From: a virus
Taxonomy: Duplodnaviria > Heunggongvirae > Uroviricota > Caudoviricetes
Virus record (IMG/VR): IMGVR_UViG_3300009709_000001
Coordinates: 1-64,000 of that record
Direction: 5' to 3' (one strand)
DNA: 64,000 nucleotides
Shown here: piece by piece, positions 10,252 through 19,641 of the stretch
Layout of the letters: each line of letters starts with the position of its first letter
Position numbering within the stretch: position 1 is the first letter of the stretch
Made by a program: the position numbers and the translations under genes
Notes under the pieces: model-generated
What the model was told of the DNA's origin: nothing
Databases searched by the model: none
Seen by the model: only the letters and a program-made list of their open reading frames with translations

Positions 10252-10829
10252 AGTCCCATCCCGCCTTGCATGCCCATGTCTTGTCCGGCACCCTGATCCA
10301 TCCCGCCCTGATCTGGGATTACTGGTTCTTCAGGCTCCGCTGGCATATCTTCTTCAAATGCATCGGCAAGCTCGGCATTTGTATCATCGATGTCCTTTTG
10401 GATGATATCATCATTTTGTGTCATACCACGTTGGATATACTTTAGTGGTAGATCAATTGTTACCAACCAAACTTCATGTTCGACCATCTTTGCACGTTTG
10501 GATTGTGGATCTACCCAATCCTGTGGTCCTTCGACCTTAACTGGCTTCTTGAAAACTCCTTTACGGAAATTAACCTTAGCACCAAGCTTGGTCAAACGCA
10601 GCCCGCCATTTGGATCTGGCATCATTGCATATGGATACATCCATGTAGTCTTATACCAATATCTACCAATTTCTGGGCCTTCTACCAATTCTCCAAGAAT
10701 CCAATTCTTGTAGGCAAAGATTTCAGCATTATCTAGAGTACGCTCAAACTCTAACAACGTGTCGAGAATATTTTCTCCACGCGAAATATTCACAAGCGTT
10801 TGCTTAATACTATCAAGATCTGTAGTCAT
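10248..10829 (-). CDS. Hypothetical protein
   Basis: 193-aa ORF; AAGGA SD; M/G/Q-rich tail. Confidence 0.7.
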   Translation of the reverse strand: MTTDLDSIKQTLVNISRGENILDTLLEFERTLDNAEIFAYKNWILGELVEGPEIGRYWYKTTWMYPYAMMPDPNGGLRLTKLGAKVNFRKGVFKKPVKVEGPQDWVDPQSKRAKMVEHEVWLVTIDLPLKYIQRGMTQNDDIIQKDIDDTNAELADAFEEDMPAEPEEPVIPDQGGMDQGAGQDMGMQGGMGL

Positions 10830-11415
10830 TTAATTCCTTGCAATTTTCAAAATGATAACGCTTCATCGAGCCTCCGGCACCTTCTTTTGAACAATGCGGA
10901 CATTTTACTACAGGCAAGATCTGTCCCTTAAAAGGGCTTTTCCTTCCACGGTTAGCATCACCAATTTTTTTCTTCTTTTCTTCACTGCACGGTCTCATAC
11001 CTGCTATGGAGATTTTATTCTTAGATTCGTCAGAATGCTTCAAACCTTGCGCATTCTTGTTACCTATATTGGCAATAGAAATCTTGTTTTTTGTAGCTTC
11101 TGTTACAACTCTCTGTTTCATTGCTTCAGAAAATCTTTTTCTTAACCAACCAAACATCTTATTATTTCGTATTACAGTATCGGATGATACTGTCATTATC
11201 TTTACTGCTAATACCAAATCTCTATTTTCCGGATACATCTTCATTAACAATTGATGTGCAAGAAAATGTTCCTTAGGAGTCAGAATAGCTATGTTAGATC
11301 TACTATTTGTTCCACCCATGCATTTAGGTACAATATGGTGTCGTTCAGTATAGCCAGAGAGATCACGACTTTTCGATCTTTCAATCAACAAATCATAATG
11401 TTTTCTGTAGTTCAT
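10813..11415 (-). CDS. HNH homing endonuclease with NUMOD3 DNA-binding repeats
   Basis: ERHHIVPKCMGG.N...N...LT.KEHFLAH; HSDESKNKIS and SEEKKKKIG repeats; C-terminal CPHC..HFENCK. Confidence 0.88.
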   Translation of the reverse strand: MNYRKHYDLLIERSKSRDLSGYTERHHIVPKCMGGTNSRSNIAILTPKEHFLAHQLLMKMYPENRDLVLAVKIMTVSSDTVIRNNKMFGWLRKRFSEAMKQRVVTEATKNKISIANIGNKNAQGLKHSDESKNKISIAGMRPCSEEKKKKIGDANRGRKSPFKGQILPVVKCPHCSKEGAGGSMKRYHFENCKELNDYRS

Positions 11416-11622
11416 CGTTACCTCTGTTTTGATTATTTATCTGAAATCTAGGAGTTTCCTAAACTTTCGAAAAAGGTTGGTATTGTAGAGCCTCATTTGC
11501 TCGCTATCGATAAATATCTGTGTATGAAGAATACATTCGATAACTTAATCGATTTCCCCCAAGATGGGCAATACTTGTCCAGTCCACCCTCCAACTCCAA
11601 AAATTCATTAAGGAGCAAAACC

Positions 11623-12366
11623 TTGAGCAAAAACCGCAGAATGGCTTCTAAGCCAACTTCGTTACGTCCTTCTCGTCAGCAAGAAGAACAATCCGCAACC
11701 AACGTTGTCAAGCTCGGCAACAGAAACTATAAAAGAGTTGAGTTGCTCCCAAGAAATATCGCCCAAGAAACTTATGTTGAGGAACTTCTCGACAAGCGCA
11801 TGGTCTTCGCAGTAGGCCCAGCTGGTACAGGTAAAACATTGCTTGCAGTGCTTCGTGCTATCAAGGCATTACGCGAAGGCGAAATTACAAAAATTATCAT
11901 TACACGCCCGGCAGTTAGCGTTGATGAAAAACACGGCTTTTTGCCAGGAGATTTGAATGCAAAAATGGAGCCTTGGACACGCCCAATTTTCGACGTCTTT
12001 GAAGAATACTATGGTTTGCTCACAACTAAGGCAATGCTAGAGGATGGTACAATTGAAATCGCTCCACTAGGATTTATGCGCGGTCGTACATTCAAGAATG
12101 CTTATGTGATTGCAGATGAAATGCAGAATGCAACTCCAGAACAAATGAAAATGCTACTCACACGTATTGGTGAAGGTTCTAGCATGGTTATTACTGGTGA
12201 CCTATTGCAGCACGATCGTGGCTTTGAGAAAAATGGCTTGAAGGATTTCATCGAGCGCTTCCAGAAAGCTAGAAAAGAAACAATGTCAATCTGCTACTTT
12301 GGTAAGCAACACGTTGAACGTGATCCATTAGTTTCCGAAGTCTTAGACATTTACGGCGAAGATTAA
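11623..12366 (+). CDS. phoH: PhoH-family ATPase
   Basis: GPAGTGKT, ITRP.V, GFLPGD, FMRGRTF, DEMQN, TRIG, TGD..QHD. TTG start after AGGAG preferred; ATG at 11524 is an alternative. Confidence 0.93.
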   Translation: MSKNRRMASKPTSLRPSRQQEEQSATNVVKLGNRNYKRVELLPRNIAQETYVEELLDKRMVFAVGPAGTGKTLLAVLRAIKALREGEITKIIITRPAVSVDEKHGFLPGDLNAKMEPWTRPIFDVFEEYYGLLTTKAMLEDGTIEIAPLGFMRGRTFKNAYVIADEMQNATPEQMKMLLTRIGEGSSMVITGDLLQHDRGFEKNGLKDFIERFQKARKETMSICYFGKQHVERDPLVSEVLDIYGED

Positions 12367-12388
12367 AACGCTAAAATAGCACAAACGC

Positions 12389-12413
12389 AAAAGGGCCTAC
12401 ATGGCCCTTTTTT
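12389..12413. terminator. Bidirectional Rho-independent terminator
   Basis: AAAA-GGGCC-TACAT-GGCCC-T6 between convergent genes. Confidence 0.85.
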
Positions 12414-12429
12414 GTTGTAAGATTCGCGT

Positions 12430-12786
12430 TTATTTGCTGTTTTTTTCTGCTGCCACAGCGGTTACACGCTCTACAGTAGTAATGTCTCTAAGCTGTCGCT
12501 CATAACGCTCTTTCATTGCAGCTTCGACAGGCGGGAGTCTGCCATTCTTTGTGGCTGCTTGTTTCGCGTCTAATTCAAAGAGCTTGTCCTCGAGCATTTG
12601 TTTGCGAAGGGTTTGCGATGTTTCTTGAATAATTCTCTGCGTTTGGACTTTGTCTTTTTCTACGTCAGCCGCATGTGCATACCTAGCGTCAAGAGTGAAC
12701 AAAGTACCTACAATCGTGATAATTGTACCTGCAGATCCGAATGCAACTTTACCGAGATTATTCTTGCATGTTTCTATAAATGACAT
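12430..12786 (-). CDS. Membrane-anchored coiled-coil protein (possibly lysis-related)
   Basis: N-terminal hydrophobic segment then coiled coil; own TAAATA motif at 12808-12813. Confidence 0.6.
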   Translation of the reverse strand: MSFIETCKNNLGKVAFGSAGTIITIVGTLFTLDARYAHAADVEKDKVQTQRIIQETSQTLRKQMLEDKLFELDAKQAATKNGRLPPVEAAMKERYERQLRDITTVERVTAVAAEKNSK

Positions 12787-12914
12787 ATCAATATCTCCGA
12801 GATATTGTATTTACCGATAAAAGTGAATAATTAACTGAGTATAGTCAGAGCTATGCTTAGAAGAATGTGAACAAAGTGATAAAAGATAAAGCTTTAGTGA
12901 TAAAACCGCTTGTA

Positions 12915-13410
12915 GAACGTGACTGATGGTGGAGTCACAGAAAGGGTATCGTCAAAACAACCACAAAAAAATTTATGGGTTTCGACCCCTCTCTGAATGC
13001 CTGAAAGCATCGCACAGACTGAACATGACCTTAGATAGTGTTGGATTGATTATGTCAACTATATCCCTTCCCAGGGATGTCATGGACGGGCCAGCCGTAG
13101 CTGGTCATTGCATGCCGCTTATTTCAGTCTTTCGCGGCGCAACCTATCGGGCATACCTTTCAATTACATACCGATAGCAAACTTGAATTTTATTGTAATA
13201 CCTACTTCACTCCATTGGGAGGTGTTGTCAACAATCTTGCATTGTTGGGGATATCACAACCATTAGCAGCCTAATGGACATTCCATTGCAGGAATTTTGG
13301 GCAGAGGCAAACCTTCGCGTTTACTTAACCCGGCGAAATATCTATTAGGCTCGCTAACCTTGTATCTGCAGCCAAGAGAAAAGGAGACTGATAGCCTCCT
13401 TGTTTTCTCT
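12915..13410 (-). ncRNA. Candidate large structured non-coding RNA (family not recognised)
   Basis: More than 12 helices found by eye, nested multiloops, cUACGg and GGGA tetraloops on the minus strand, an 8-bp pseudoknot, and no credible ORF. Confidence 0.7.
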
Positions 13411-13412
13411 AA

Positions 13413-13847
13413 TTAAGAAACTGTTGCACTAGTGATGGCAAGGGCAATAGAAGCTGCCCATTTCTTAGAGTCTTTTTCCGTAACTCGGAAATCCCAATTT
13501 GTCGGAGGCACAAAGATACTATCAGTGTCTTTAAATTCACTGCTCTTTTCTGTGTCCATCCAGACAACCCAGTTTGCGTCGACAGTGCCGCGCATTTCTG
13601 GCAAGGGAGCGATAAAATCATAGATGACAAAATCTGTTGCTACATCGGCTGACAAGTCTTTCATCCTTGTTGCTTGACGTAACCTACCCTCTGCTGTGAA
13701 ATCCCAATCATTAGCTGCTCGACGAACATCGTCACCATTGAGCCATGTGGATGTATGACCGGCATTATACAACTGAGTCATCAACTCAGCTGCCAGCATT
13801 GTCTTACCTGTTCCAGACAGGCCCATAATCAAAATACTGATTGTCAT
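13413..13847 (-). CDS. Adenylyl-sulfate kinase-like P-loop kinase
   Basis: GLSGTGKT, WLNGDDVR, DFT.EGR..Q..R, F.PP; start at MTISIL overlaps the upstream stop (TAATG). Confidence 0.8.
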   Translation of the reverse strand: MTISILIMGLSGTGKTMLAAELMTQLYNAGHTSTWLNGDDVRRAANDWDFTAEGRLRQATRMKDLSADVATDFVIYDFIAPLPEMRGTVDANWVVWMDTEKSSEFKDTDSIFVPPTNWDFRVTEKDSKKWAASIALAITSATVS

Positions 13848-14458
13848 TAAGCCTCCACTAGGCCGTATTCTCTGCAGACCATTTCGTAAATTTCTTTCCA
13901 AGGAGTATCGTGACTAACTCTAGGGAACAAATCTGTTTGGAAATGTTCATTATAAGGATGGCTAATAAGAACTGTCTTTAGACCAGCTTCATGACCTGCT
14001 TCGGCTTGACGTGTATGATCTTCAATCCAGAACAAATCGCTACCGCCCCAATTCTCTGCCAGAATGTGAGCTTTACTTTCACCCATCTTTAGGCAATGAA
14101 CTTCTTCGAACACATCACCAAAACGCATCTCGAGATTTTCAGTTCTGTTAATCTTAGCCTGCGGTTCATCACTAATGCTTGTCACAGCGATAAATCGGAA
14201 ACCAAGGGCTGCAATTTTCGGTACATAAATTTCTGCATCAGCAAATGTATCGAGACGCTTCATATAATCGCTATGATTATATTCTTCGATAAATTGACCA
14301 CCTTGTTCGAATGTTATTCCATGGCGTACACCAATGCTGTATTCGTGCATTGTGTTCGGCAACTGTGGATAACCTTTTTCGATCATAAACTCACAGAAGC
14401 CTTCATTCCAGTTAAGTAGACAACCATCTACGTCGGTTAGGATAATTCGTTTTTTCAT
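13847..14458 (-). CDS. HAD-superfamily phosphatase (5'-nucleotidase-like)
   Basis: ILTDVDGCL motif I, VTS motif II, K and WIEDH motifs. Confidence 0.85.
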   Translation of the reverse strand: MKKRIILTDVDGCLLNWNEGFCEFMIEKGYPQLPNTMHEYSIGVRHGITFEQGGQFIEEYNHSDYMKRLDTFADAEIYVPKIAALGFRFIAVTSISDEPQAKINRTENLEMRFGDVFEEVHCLKMGESKAHILAENWGGSDLFWIEDHTRQAEAGHEAGLKTVLISHPYNEHFQTDLFPRVSHDTPWKEIYEMVCREYGLVEA

Positions 14459-14466
14459 AGTTTTCC

Positions 14467-14820
14467 TTATACTGCGTCGAAGACAGTTCGTGGACGCAAG
14501 TTACCAAATTGATCGGTAATAAGTGCCGGACCTGTGTCTTCGACTACTTCTTCCGGATATGCGGCATCAAGTTGTGCCATTTGTTTTGCATACTTCTTTC
14601 GAACGTATGCTTCGAAGTATTCCCAATCACCCATGCCCACCTTGGCACCAGTCATCATCTTCTTATTAAGGAAGTCACCGACAGCGCTCGACATGCTGAT
14701 GTGCTTATTGCGTAACTGGTTGACAAACTCAACAGTCTCTGCAACTTCCCATTCGGTCTTTGAACCGCGCTTCAGGCTGTGCTTGTGTGAAAGGACGATG
14801 TATACTTTTTCTTTTGCCAT
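14467..14820 (-). CDS. Hypothetical protein
   Basis: 117-aa ORF; AAGGA SD. Confidence 0.7.
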   Translation of the reverse strand: MAKEKVYIVLSHKHSLKRGSKTEWEVAETVEFVNQLRNKHISMSSAVGDFLNKKMMTGAKVGMGDWEYFEAYVRKKYAKQMAQLDAAYPEEVVEDTGPALITDQFGNLRPRTVFDAV

Positions 14821-14829
14821 TTCTTTTCC

Positions 14830-15009
14830 TTAAAATATATTTCTAACAAATGTGTTAAGAATTTCTCTTTGCTTTTCTGCTTCTACAGACGGCATCAAAG
14901 AAGTTGCACTTTTAAATAATGCTCTACACTCATTCGGATATACATATGCCTGCAACTTATTGATTGAATTATTTGTTGGTCTCCGAATTAAAAATTCTAA
15001 TAGCTTCAT
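14830..15009 (-). CDS. Small hypothetical protein
   Basis: 59-aa ORF (MKLLEFLIRR...) filling the gap, with GGA upstream; below the ORF-track cutoff. Confidence 0.45.
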   Translation of the reverse strand: MKLLEFLIRRPTNNSINKLQAYVYPNECRALFKSATSLMPSVEAEKQREILNTFVRNIF

Positions 15010-15017
15010 GTTCTTTC

Positions 15018-15755
15018 CTAATTAAATTTATTTTTACCATCATATTTCTTGACATTATCTAACCAAGGTAACATCTGTAAATTTTCCTTGGCACTTATAT
15101 CTTCGATTGATATACCTTGTTCAAAACCTTGCCTCACAGATAATATATGATCAATTTGATATGCATTATCCGTACCGCATTTTCCTAAAGGAAAATTATT
15201 CGGATTTATCTCGCCCTTAAATTGTTCATATATTTTCTTAGTTCTTACGGAGACTCGATTTCTATATTTTCTAAAATTAGAATATACTGGGTCATCCCTT
15301 GATATAATTTCTAAAGATTCTTGTTTCTTCTTGCCTTTGTTCTTATTAGGATGACTTCTTGCAGGGCAAGATATATCTTTCTGTTTTAATGAGTAACTTA
15401 ATATTCGATCATCTGTCTCAGCAGTTAAGCCTGAATTCCACGACGTCTCCCCAAACATAGGATTTTTATCGCCAATTTTCGAATCACTTAACTTTTTTCT
15501 TGTTGAATCATCGACGATACGTCCGGTTAATGATTCTCCGATCTTCCTTCTCCAATCTTCGTTAAGTATTCGGCCACGAGATGAATTTCCTATATTTTCT
15601 TTTGTCTCTTCCGAATGCCAGGGTCCGTTTGCTTTTCGTGATTCAATTCTCCTTGCAATTATAGCAGAGCATTGATCGCTTCTTTCAGAGCAACATAATT
15701 TACCATTTTGAAAAGTCTTAATAGATTCTTTACCACAACCATAACTGCATAACAT
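15018..15755 (-). CDS. NUMOD3 plus C-terminal HNH homing endonuclease
   Basis: C.YGCG N-terminus; HSEETKENIG and G.KNPMFG repeats; YQIDHILSV..GF...NLQMLPW.DN..K. Confidence 0.8.
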   Translation of the reverse strand: MLCSYGCGKESIKTFQNGKLCCSERSDQCSAIIARRIESRKANGPWHSEETKENIGNSSRGRILNEDWRRKIGESLTGRIVDDSTRKKLSDSKIGDKNPMFGETSWNSGLTAETDDRILSYSLKQKDISCPARSHPNKNKGKKKQESLEIISRDDPVYSNFRKYRNRVSVRTKKIYEQFKGEINPNNFPLGKCGTDNAYQIDHILSVRQGFEQGISIEDISAKENLQMLPWLDNVKKYDGKNKFN

Positions 15756-15802
15756 AAATTACCTCCTATGTTATTTAGCTAAACTTACCTGCTGTGCGGA
15801 TA

Positions 15803-16738
15803 TTATAGAACACCTTTTGCAATCATCTCGAGTTCGGTGAGAGTTGCGCTAAGATTCAATTCCGAATCAGCACAACTCGTGTGCTTGACAAGTCCGTCTC
15901 TGATGACAAGAATACATTTATTCTGTTTGTCATCATTATCACCCCATATTTCTAAATTCTGATACATGAAACGGTAAATGTCTTCGTATTCTTCTTGGCT
16001 AACCTGTGAGCAGATTAGTTGACGCGCTTCCTTGTATTTCCCTGCCTTGAACAGAGCAATCATATCAATCTTGTAATCACTTACAGATTCGCTGCTCTCG
16101 GGCAAGTGCAATTTTCCATCAAAGGAATTCGCCTGAATAATGCTAATCCCGCGCCTTAAGTCGGGGTATGTAGATTGGACCATGGTATCTACAACGCCCA
16201 TGTCAAAATCAATGCCTTCAGCGACCAGAATGTTTACAATTCGCAATGTAAACTCATCCATATTGAGCTTATCAATATGCATACGACCTGTTTCGGTCCT
16301 GGATTGAATTGCTGGGATAATTTTATGAGGATAGTTACAGGTAAGAATAAAGCGAACAGTGCTCGCATATCTTTCCATAGTATTACGCAATACGGCCTGG
16401 GCATTCACAGTCAAATAATCAGCTTCGTCTAAGAGAACATATTTAATTTCTCCATAGCCCATCGTCTCTGCAAATCTGGTAATTTTTTCTCGAATAAAAT
16501 CGACGTTGTTATCTTTCGATGCATTTACTTCCATAATATCGAATGGATCGATATTAAGTTCATTCAGCAACACTTTCGAAAGTGTAGTTTTGCCAGTGCC
16601 CGGAGCACCAGAAAGAAGCATGTGCGGCAATGCACCATCCTTCAACCACTTATCAATTTGTTTCTTTTGCTTTTCGTCTTTAAAGACGTAGTCTTTTATA
16701 CCTGTTGGTCGGTATTTCTCAGTCCATAATTCTTTCAT
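15803..16738 (-). CDS. Clamp loader, RFC small-subunit/gp44-like
   Basis: LWTEKYRP, GAPGTGKTT, EVNAS, LLDEADYL, AQAVLR..ME, RFILTCNY, IQSR. Confidence 0.92.
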   Translation of the reverse strand: MKELWTEKYRPTGIKDYVFKDEKQKKQIDKWLKDGALPHMLLSGAPGTGKTTLSKVLLNELNIDPFDIMEVNASKDNNVDFIREKITRFAETMGYGEIKYVLLDEADYLTVNAQAVLRNTMERYASTVRFILTCNYPHKIIPAIQSRTETGRMHIDKLNMDEFTLRIVNILVAEGIDFDMGVVDTMVQSTYPDLRRGISIIQANSFDGKLHLPESSESVSDYKIDMIALFKAGKYKEARQLICSQVSQEEYEDIYRFMYQNLEIWGDNDDKQNKCILVIRDGLVKHTSCADSELNLSATLTELEMIAKGVL

Positions 16739-16818
16739 GTGTTCCTAAAATAAGAAAGGGAAGCTTTTAAACTTCCCTATACTTTAACAGAAACTTTGTA
16801 TGTTCTGCAATGTTGAAT

Positions 16819-17148
16819 TTAAGTCCACTGAGAGAAAATACTTGTCTCCGGCTTTTCATCAGAACTCATTAGAACTGCTGCTGGCCAATCTACACCCCAC
16901 AGTCTAATTTCGTCGCCATTGTCTTCTTTAACGACAAGCATACGAGTCCAACGTAAATGTTCGACTAAGATCCATTCGCCTTCTTTAACTTCGTCCACAC
17001 CTTCGCCAACGGAATATACTCGGCACCAACGCGGACGAATACCCTCGCTCTTTCCATCATCGTCAGGAAGGATAATTCCGTTAACGACGCGCTGTCCTTT
17101 TTCCAGATTGGTTACTAGAACCTTATTCGGTAATGCTTTTACTTTCAT
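16819..17148 (-). CDS. groES: Co-chaperonin GroES-like
   Basis: KAL.NKVLV, GIILP, V.SVGEG..EVKEGE.ILV. Confidence 0.8.
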   Translation of the reverse strand: MKVKALPNKVLVTNLEKGQRVVNGIILPDDDGKSEGIRPRWCRVYSVGEGVDEVKEGEWILVEHLRWTRMLVVKEDNGDEIRLWGVDWPAAVLMSSDEKPETSIFSQWT

Positions 17149-17474
17149 TTATCTTCTTCAATAATGATGTCACCAGAAGGTAGTTCTGTTTCTTTCTTCT
17201 TAGTTTCCTTAACCGGTACAGGATTAGTTTTGACCTGTGGTTTAATCTCGGGTGTTGCTGGAACTGGACCCTTTAGGCCAGTGTTTACAATTGCCGATTT
17301 AATACGATGATTTTCACGTGCAATTTCGTCAGCAGTTTTTGTAACCATTCCGCGATTAATTTGGTCACCCTTTGCGTTTACCTTCATGTTGCCGATAGCA
17401 ACTGTTTTTTCGTTTTCACGGCGTAGTGAATCCATGTCAATTGTTACGCCACGATATGTTACATGCTTAGCCAT
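17145..17474 (-). CDS. Hypothetical protein
   Basis: 109-aa ORF with GGAGGAG SD. Confidence 0.7.
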   Translation of the reverse strand: MAKHVTYRGVTIDMDSLRRENEKTVAIGNMKVNAKGDQINRGMVTKTADEIARENHRIKSAIVNTGLKGPVPATPEIKPQVKTNPVPVKETKKKETELPSGDIIIEEDK

Positions 17475-17488
17475 TTTTCTCCTCCGGA

Positions 17489-18022
17489 TTATCTTAAGAA
17501 TTCTGATGCAGATAATCCATATTTTAAACTATCAACTCTGTGTACACCGATCAGAAACAAAATGTACGAACTAACTGAGCTGCCTCGACCGACACCCCAC
17601 ACAATATTGTTCTTTCTCATATGTTCAACTAAGAAAATAAACAAACGGAGGAGCATAATCAAATCACGTTCTTCATAGAGAACGTATTCTTCATCAACGC
17701 GAACGTGTTCTACTTGAGTTTTGCATCTTTCGTGCAACCAAGCTTTAACATCGATTTGTTGGTAAATGGCTGGGAAAATCCATTCCTTAGCACATTTTAA
17801 ATGAAACTCATCAAAGGACAAATCTTCAGCTGGTGCTTCAAGAAACGTAATTGTTTCTGGAATCAGAGTAGATTGAAACTTCTCAAAAAGTTCAATCTCT
17901 TCATCTCTGACCACATTTAGGTGGTTAATGTGTCTTCCCTGTAGAAGTAAGTCTCTAAGATTTTCACTGGACAAGATTGCTTGCCCATATGAATTTGTCT
18001 TTATACCTTTTTTGGTTTCCAT
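17489..18022 (-). CDS. DNA polymerase III alpha (DnaE)-like fragment
   Basis: RV.EE..L...R...GVGRGSSVSS..L..IGVH.VDSLKYGL matches the DnaE GRGS region; only 177 aa. Confidence 0.8.
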   Translation of the reverse strand: METKKGIKTNSYGQAILSSENLRDLLLQGRHINHLNVVRDEEIELFEKFQSTLIPETITFLEAPAEDLSFDEFHLKCAKEWIFPAIYQQIDVKAWLHERCKTQVEHVRVDEEYVLYEERDLIMLLRLFIFLVEHMRKNNIVWGVGRGSSVSSYILFLIGVHRVDSLKYGLSASEFLR

Positions 18023-18723
18023 TTTTCGATTTGTACAATTCTTGCCGGCTCTCTAACAATGCCGAGACTAGAATCTTTAATCTCTCCAATTACACGATAG
18101 AATTCGTCTAATGGATCAATTCTTGTTCTTAGTGCTTCCTTTTCTTCTTCCGGAATATCTAGCTCGTCTGGGCTTAGAAATTCGAAGCAGAAGCCATCGG
18201 CACGATCCCACCATGGAATTTCATCGAGTGTTGGGCCGTCTGTGAAATATTCTGTAATGACTTCCGGTAGATCATATCCTGCTCGACTATCGCAGTCGAA
18301 AGTGTATCTAATCGAAGTGTCACTTCCCTTGAGTGTAATCTCACCTACAATTAAGTCATCGGAACTTAACTTGGTTAGTTTCGCATGCAAGAGTTTGATT
18401 AACATATCGTCACCGGGATTTCCGGGACAATACATCATGATGTTTGATGACAGATTAGCAATATACATATCATCTTCGTTAGTGGTATTCACTACGACGA
18501 TATTATGCATGTTTGCTTCTAACCAGAATAAGATTTTTTGGTAGATTACACCGGCATCGTATTCTGTCTCGTCTTTTGTCTTACCTTTTTTCTCTTGAGC
18601 AATTAGGTCGATAGACATTGCCCAATCTACCGGTGTTAGAGAACCATTTTGAATACGAATTCCGGTGAAATTGTATTCCATCGACATATGATTAGTGATC
18701 AAATGTTTGTTCTTCTTAGTCAT
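18001..18723 (-). CDS. Hypothetical protein
   Basis: 240-aa ORF; GAGGAG SD. Confidence 0.7.
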   Translation of the reverse strand: MTKKNKHLITNHMSMEYNFTGIRIQNGSLTPVDWAMSIDLIAQEKKGKTKDETEYDAGVIYQKILFWLEANMHNIVVVNTTNEDDMYIANLSSNIMMYCPGNPGDDMLIKLLHAKLTKLSSDDLIVGEITLKGSDTSIRYTFDCDSRAGYDLPEVITEYFTDGPTLDEIPWWDRADGFCFEFLSPDELDIPEEEKEALRTRIDPLDEFYRVIGEIKDSSLGIVREPARIVQIEKWKPKKV

Positions 18724-18733
18724 ATCAGTCTCC

Positions 18734-18982
18734 TCAATCTTCGAGCTTTCCTAATTCAATCGGTGCATTGGCATTAGGAAATTTCCGACTAAATTCATCA
18801 TCGGCATTTTTTATCATTCTTTTTGTGCGCTCGTCTTCGAGAGACTGAATAACTTCTTTGATGCTGTGGACGGTAGGATTATGACCTAATGCCACTTGTG
18901 CATTCATATACTGATAAGCTTTACCTAGCCTTTCCGTAATTTGTTCGTCTGATAGTTTGGATACATCTAAAAATGGATGCAT
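18734..18982 (-). CDS. Hypothetical protein
   Basis: 82-aa ORF; GAGGAG SD and TAAATA motif. Confidence 0.7.
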   Translation of the reverse strand: MHPFLDVSKLSDEQITERLGKAYQYMNAQVALGHNPTVHSIKEVIQSLEDERTKRMIKNADDEFSRKFPNANAPIELGKLED

Positions 18983-19017
18983 AGGACTCCTCTGAATATC
19001 CTATATTTATATCCATT

Positions 19018-19641
19018 TTATGGCATGTTCAACATTGCTGAAATAGTATCGTGATTCTTTCGCATGTAGTCCATGATCGCGTCACAATATAGTTCTGCCT
19101 CTGCACGATTAAAGAATATTGCAGTATAACGATAAAATACAGTGGGAATCAATGAAATTCTATTAAGATTAAAGATGCGCGTGCCTTGGGCGGTGACATC
19201 TCTATCTTCTTCGAACCAGGCTGCACTACACAGAAAAAATCTTGCTTCGACTTTTGGATCGTCTTCGATGATGCGTATATCGTCTCGTGTGATCTCCCGA
19301 CCAGTAAATGGATTTACAGGATGCCCTTCATAAATGACGGGATTCTGTAAACAAGAAACTCTGCCATCTTCATAACGGTAGTGAGTTGTTTCCCTGATTA
19401 TATCAAAATCTTTTACAATATCACCAGGCTCAACAATGAAAATTTCACTGTCTCGGTGATCCATAATTTGTTCGATAAATTCAATGCGAGAACGCCAAGA
19501 AAACATTGTGTTGTCTTCTTGGCCAGGTGGTCTAACTTTATCGATTTGAGATTTATTTCTTTTAATCCACTCAATGAATGTGTGTGAACCTTGAAGATAC
19601 TTGAAATCCCTGAATTCTGGTAGATATAGTTCAGGTGTCAT
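19018..19641 (-). CDS. Hypothetical protein
   Basis: 207-aa ORF in a tightly packed operon. Confidence 0.65.
   Translation of the reverse strand: MTPELYLPEFRDFKYLQGSHTFIEWIKRNKSQIDKVRPPGQEDNTMFSWRSRIEFIEQIMDHRDSEIFIVEPGDIVKDFDIIRETTHYRYEDGRVSCLQNPVIYEGHPVNPFTGREITRDDIRIIEDDPKVEARFFLCSAAWFEEDRDVTAQGTRIFNLNRISLIPTVFYRYTAIFFNRAEAELYCDAIMDYMRKNHDTISAMLNMP

Noticed and set aside
12920-12945. tmRNA 3' end (minus strand ...GACTCCACCA)
   Set aside because: No T-arm with TTCRA before it and no matching 5' GGGGC acceptor strand; the segment forms a local hairpin instead.
13010-13140. Group I intron (AGACTG/CAGTCT resembles P7)
   Set aside because: Flanking topology does not fit P3-P4-P6-P7-P8 and no interrupted host gene is present.
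12926-13177. 83-aa plus-strand ORF inside the structured region
   Set aside because: No SD, no recognisable motif and atypical composition; RNA pairing explains the region better.
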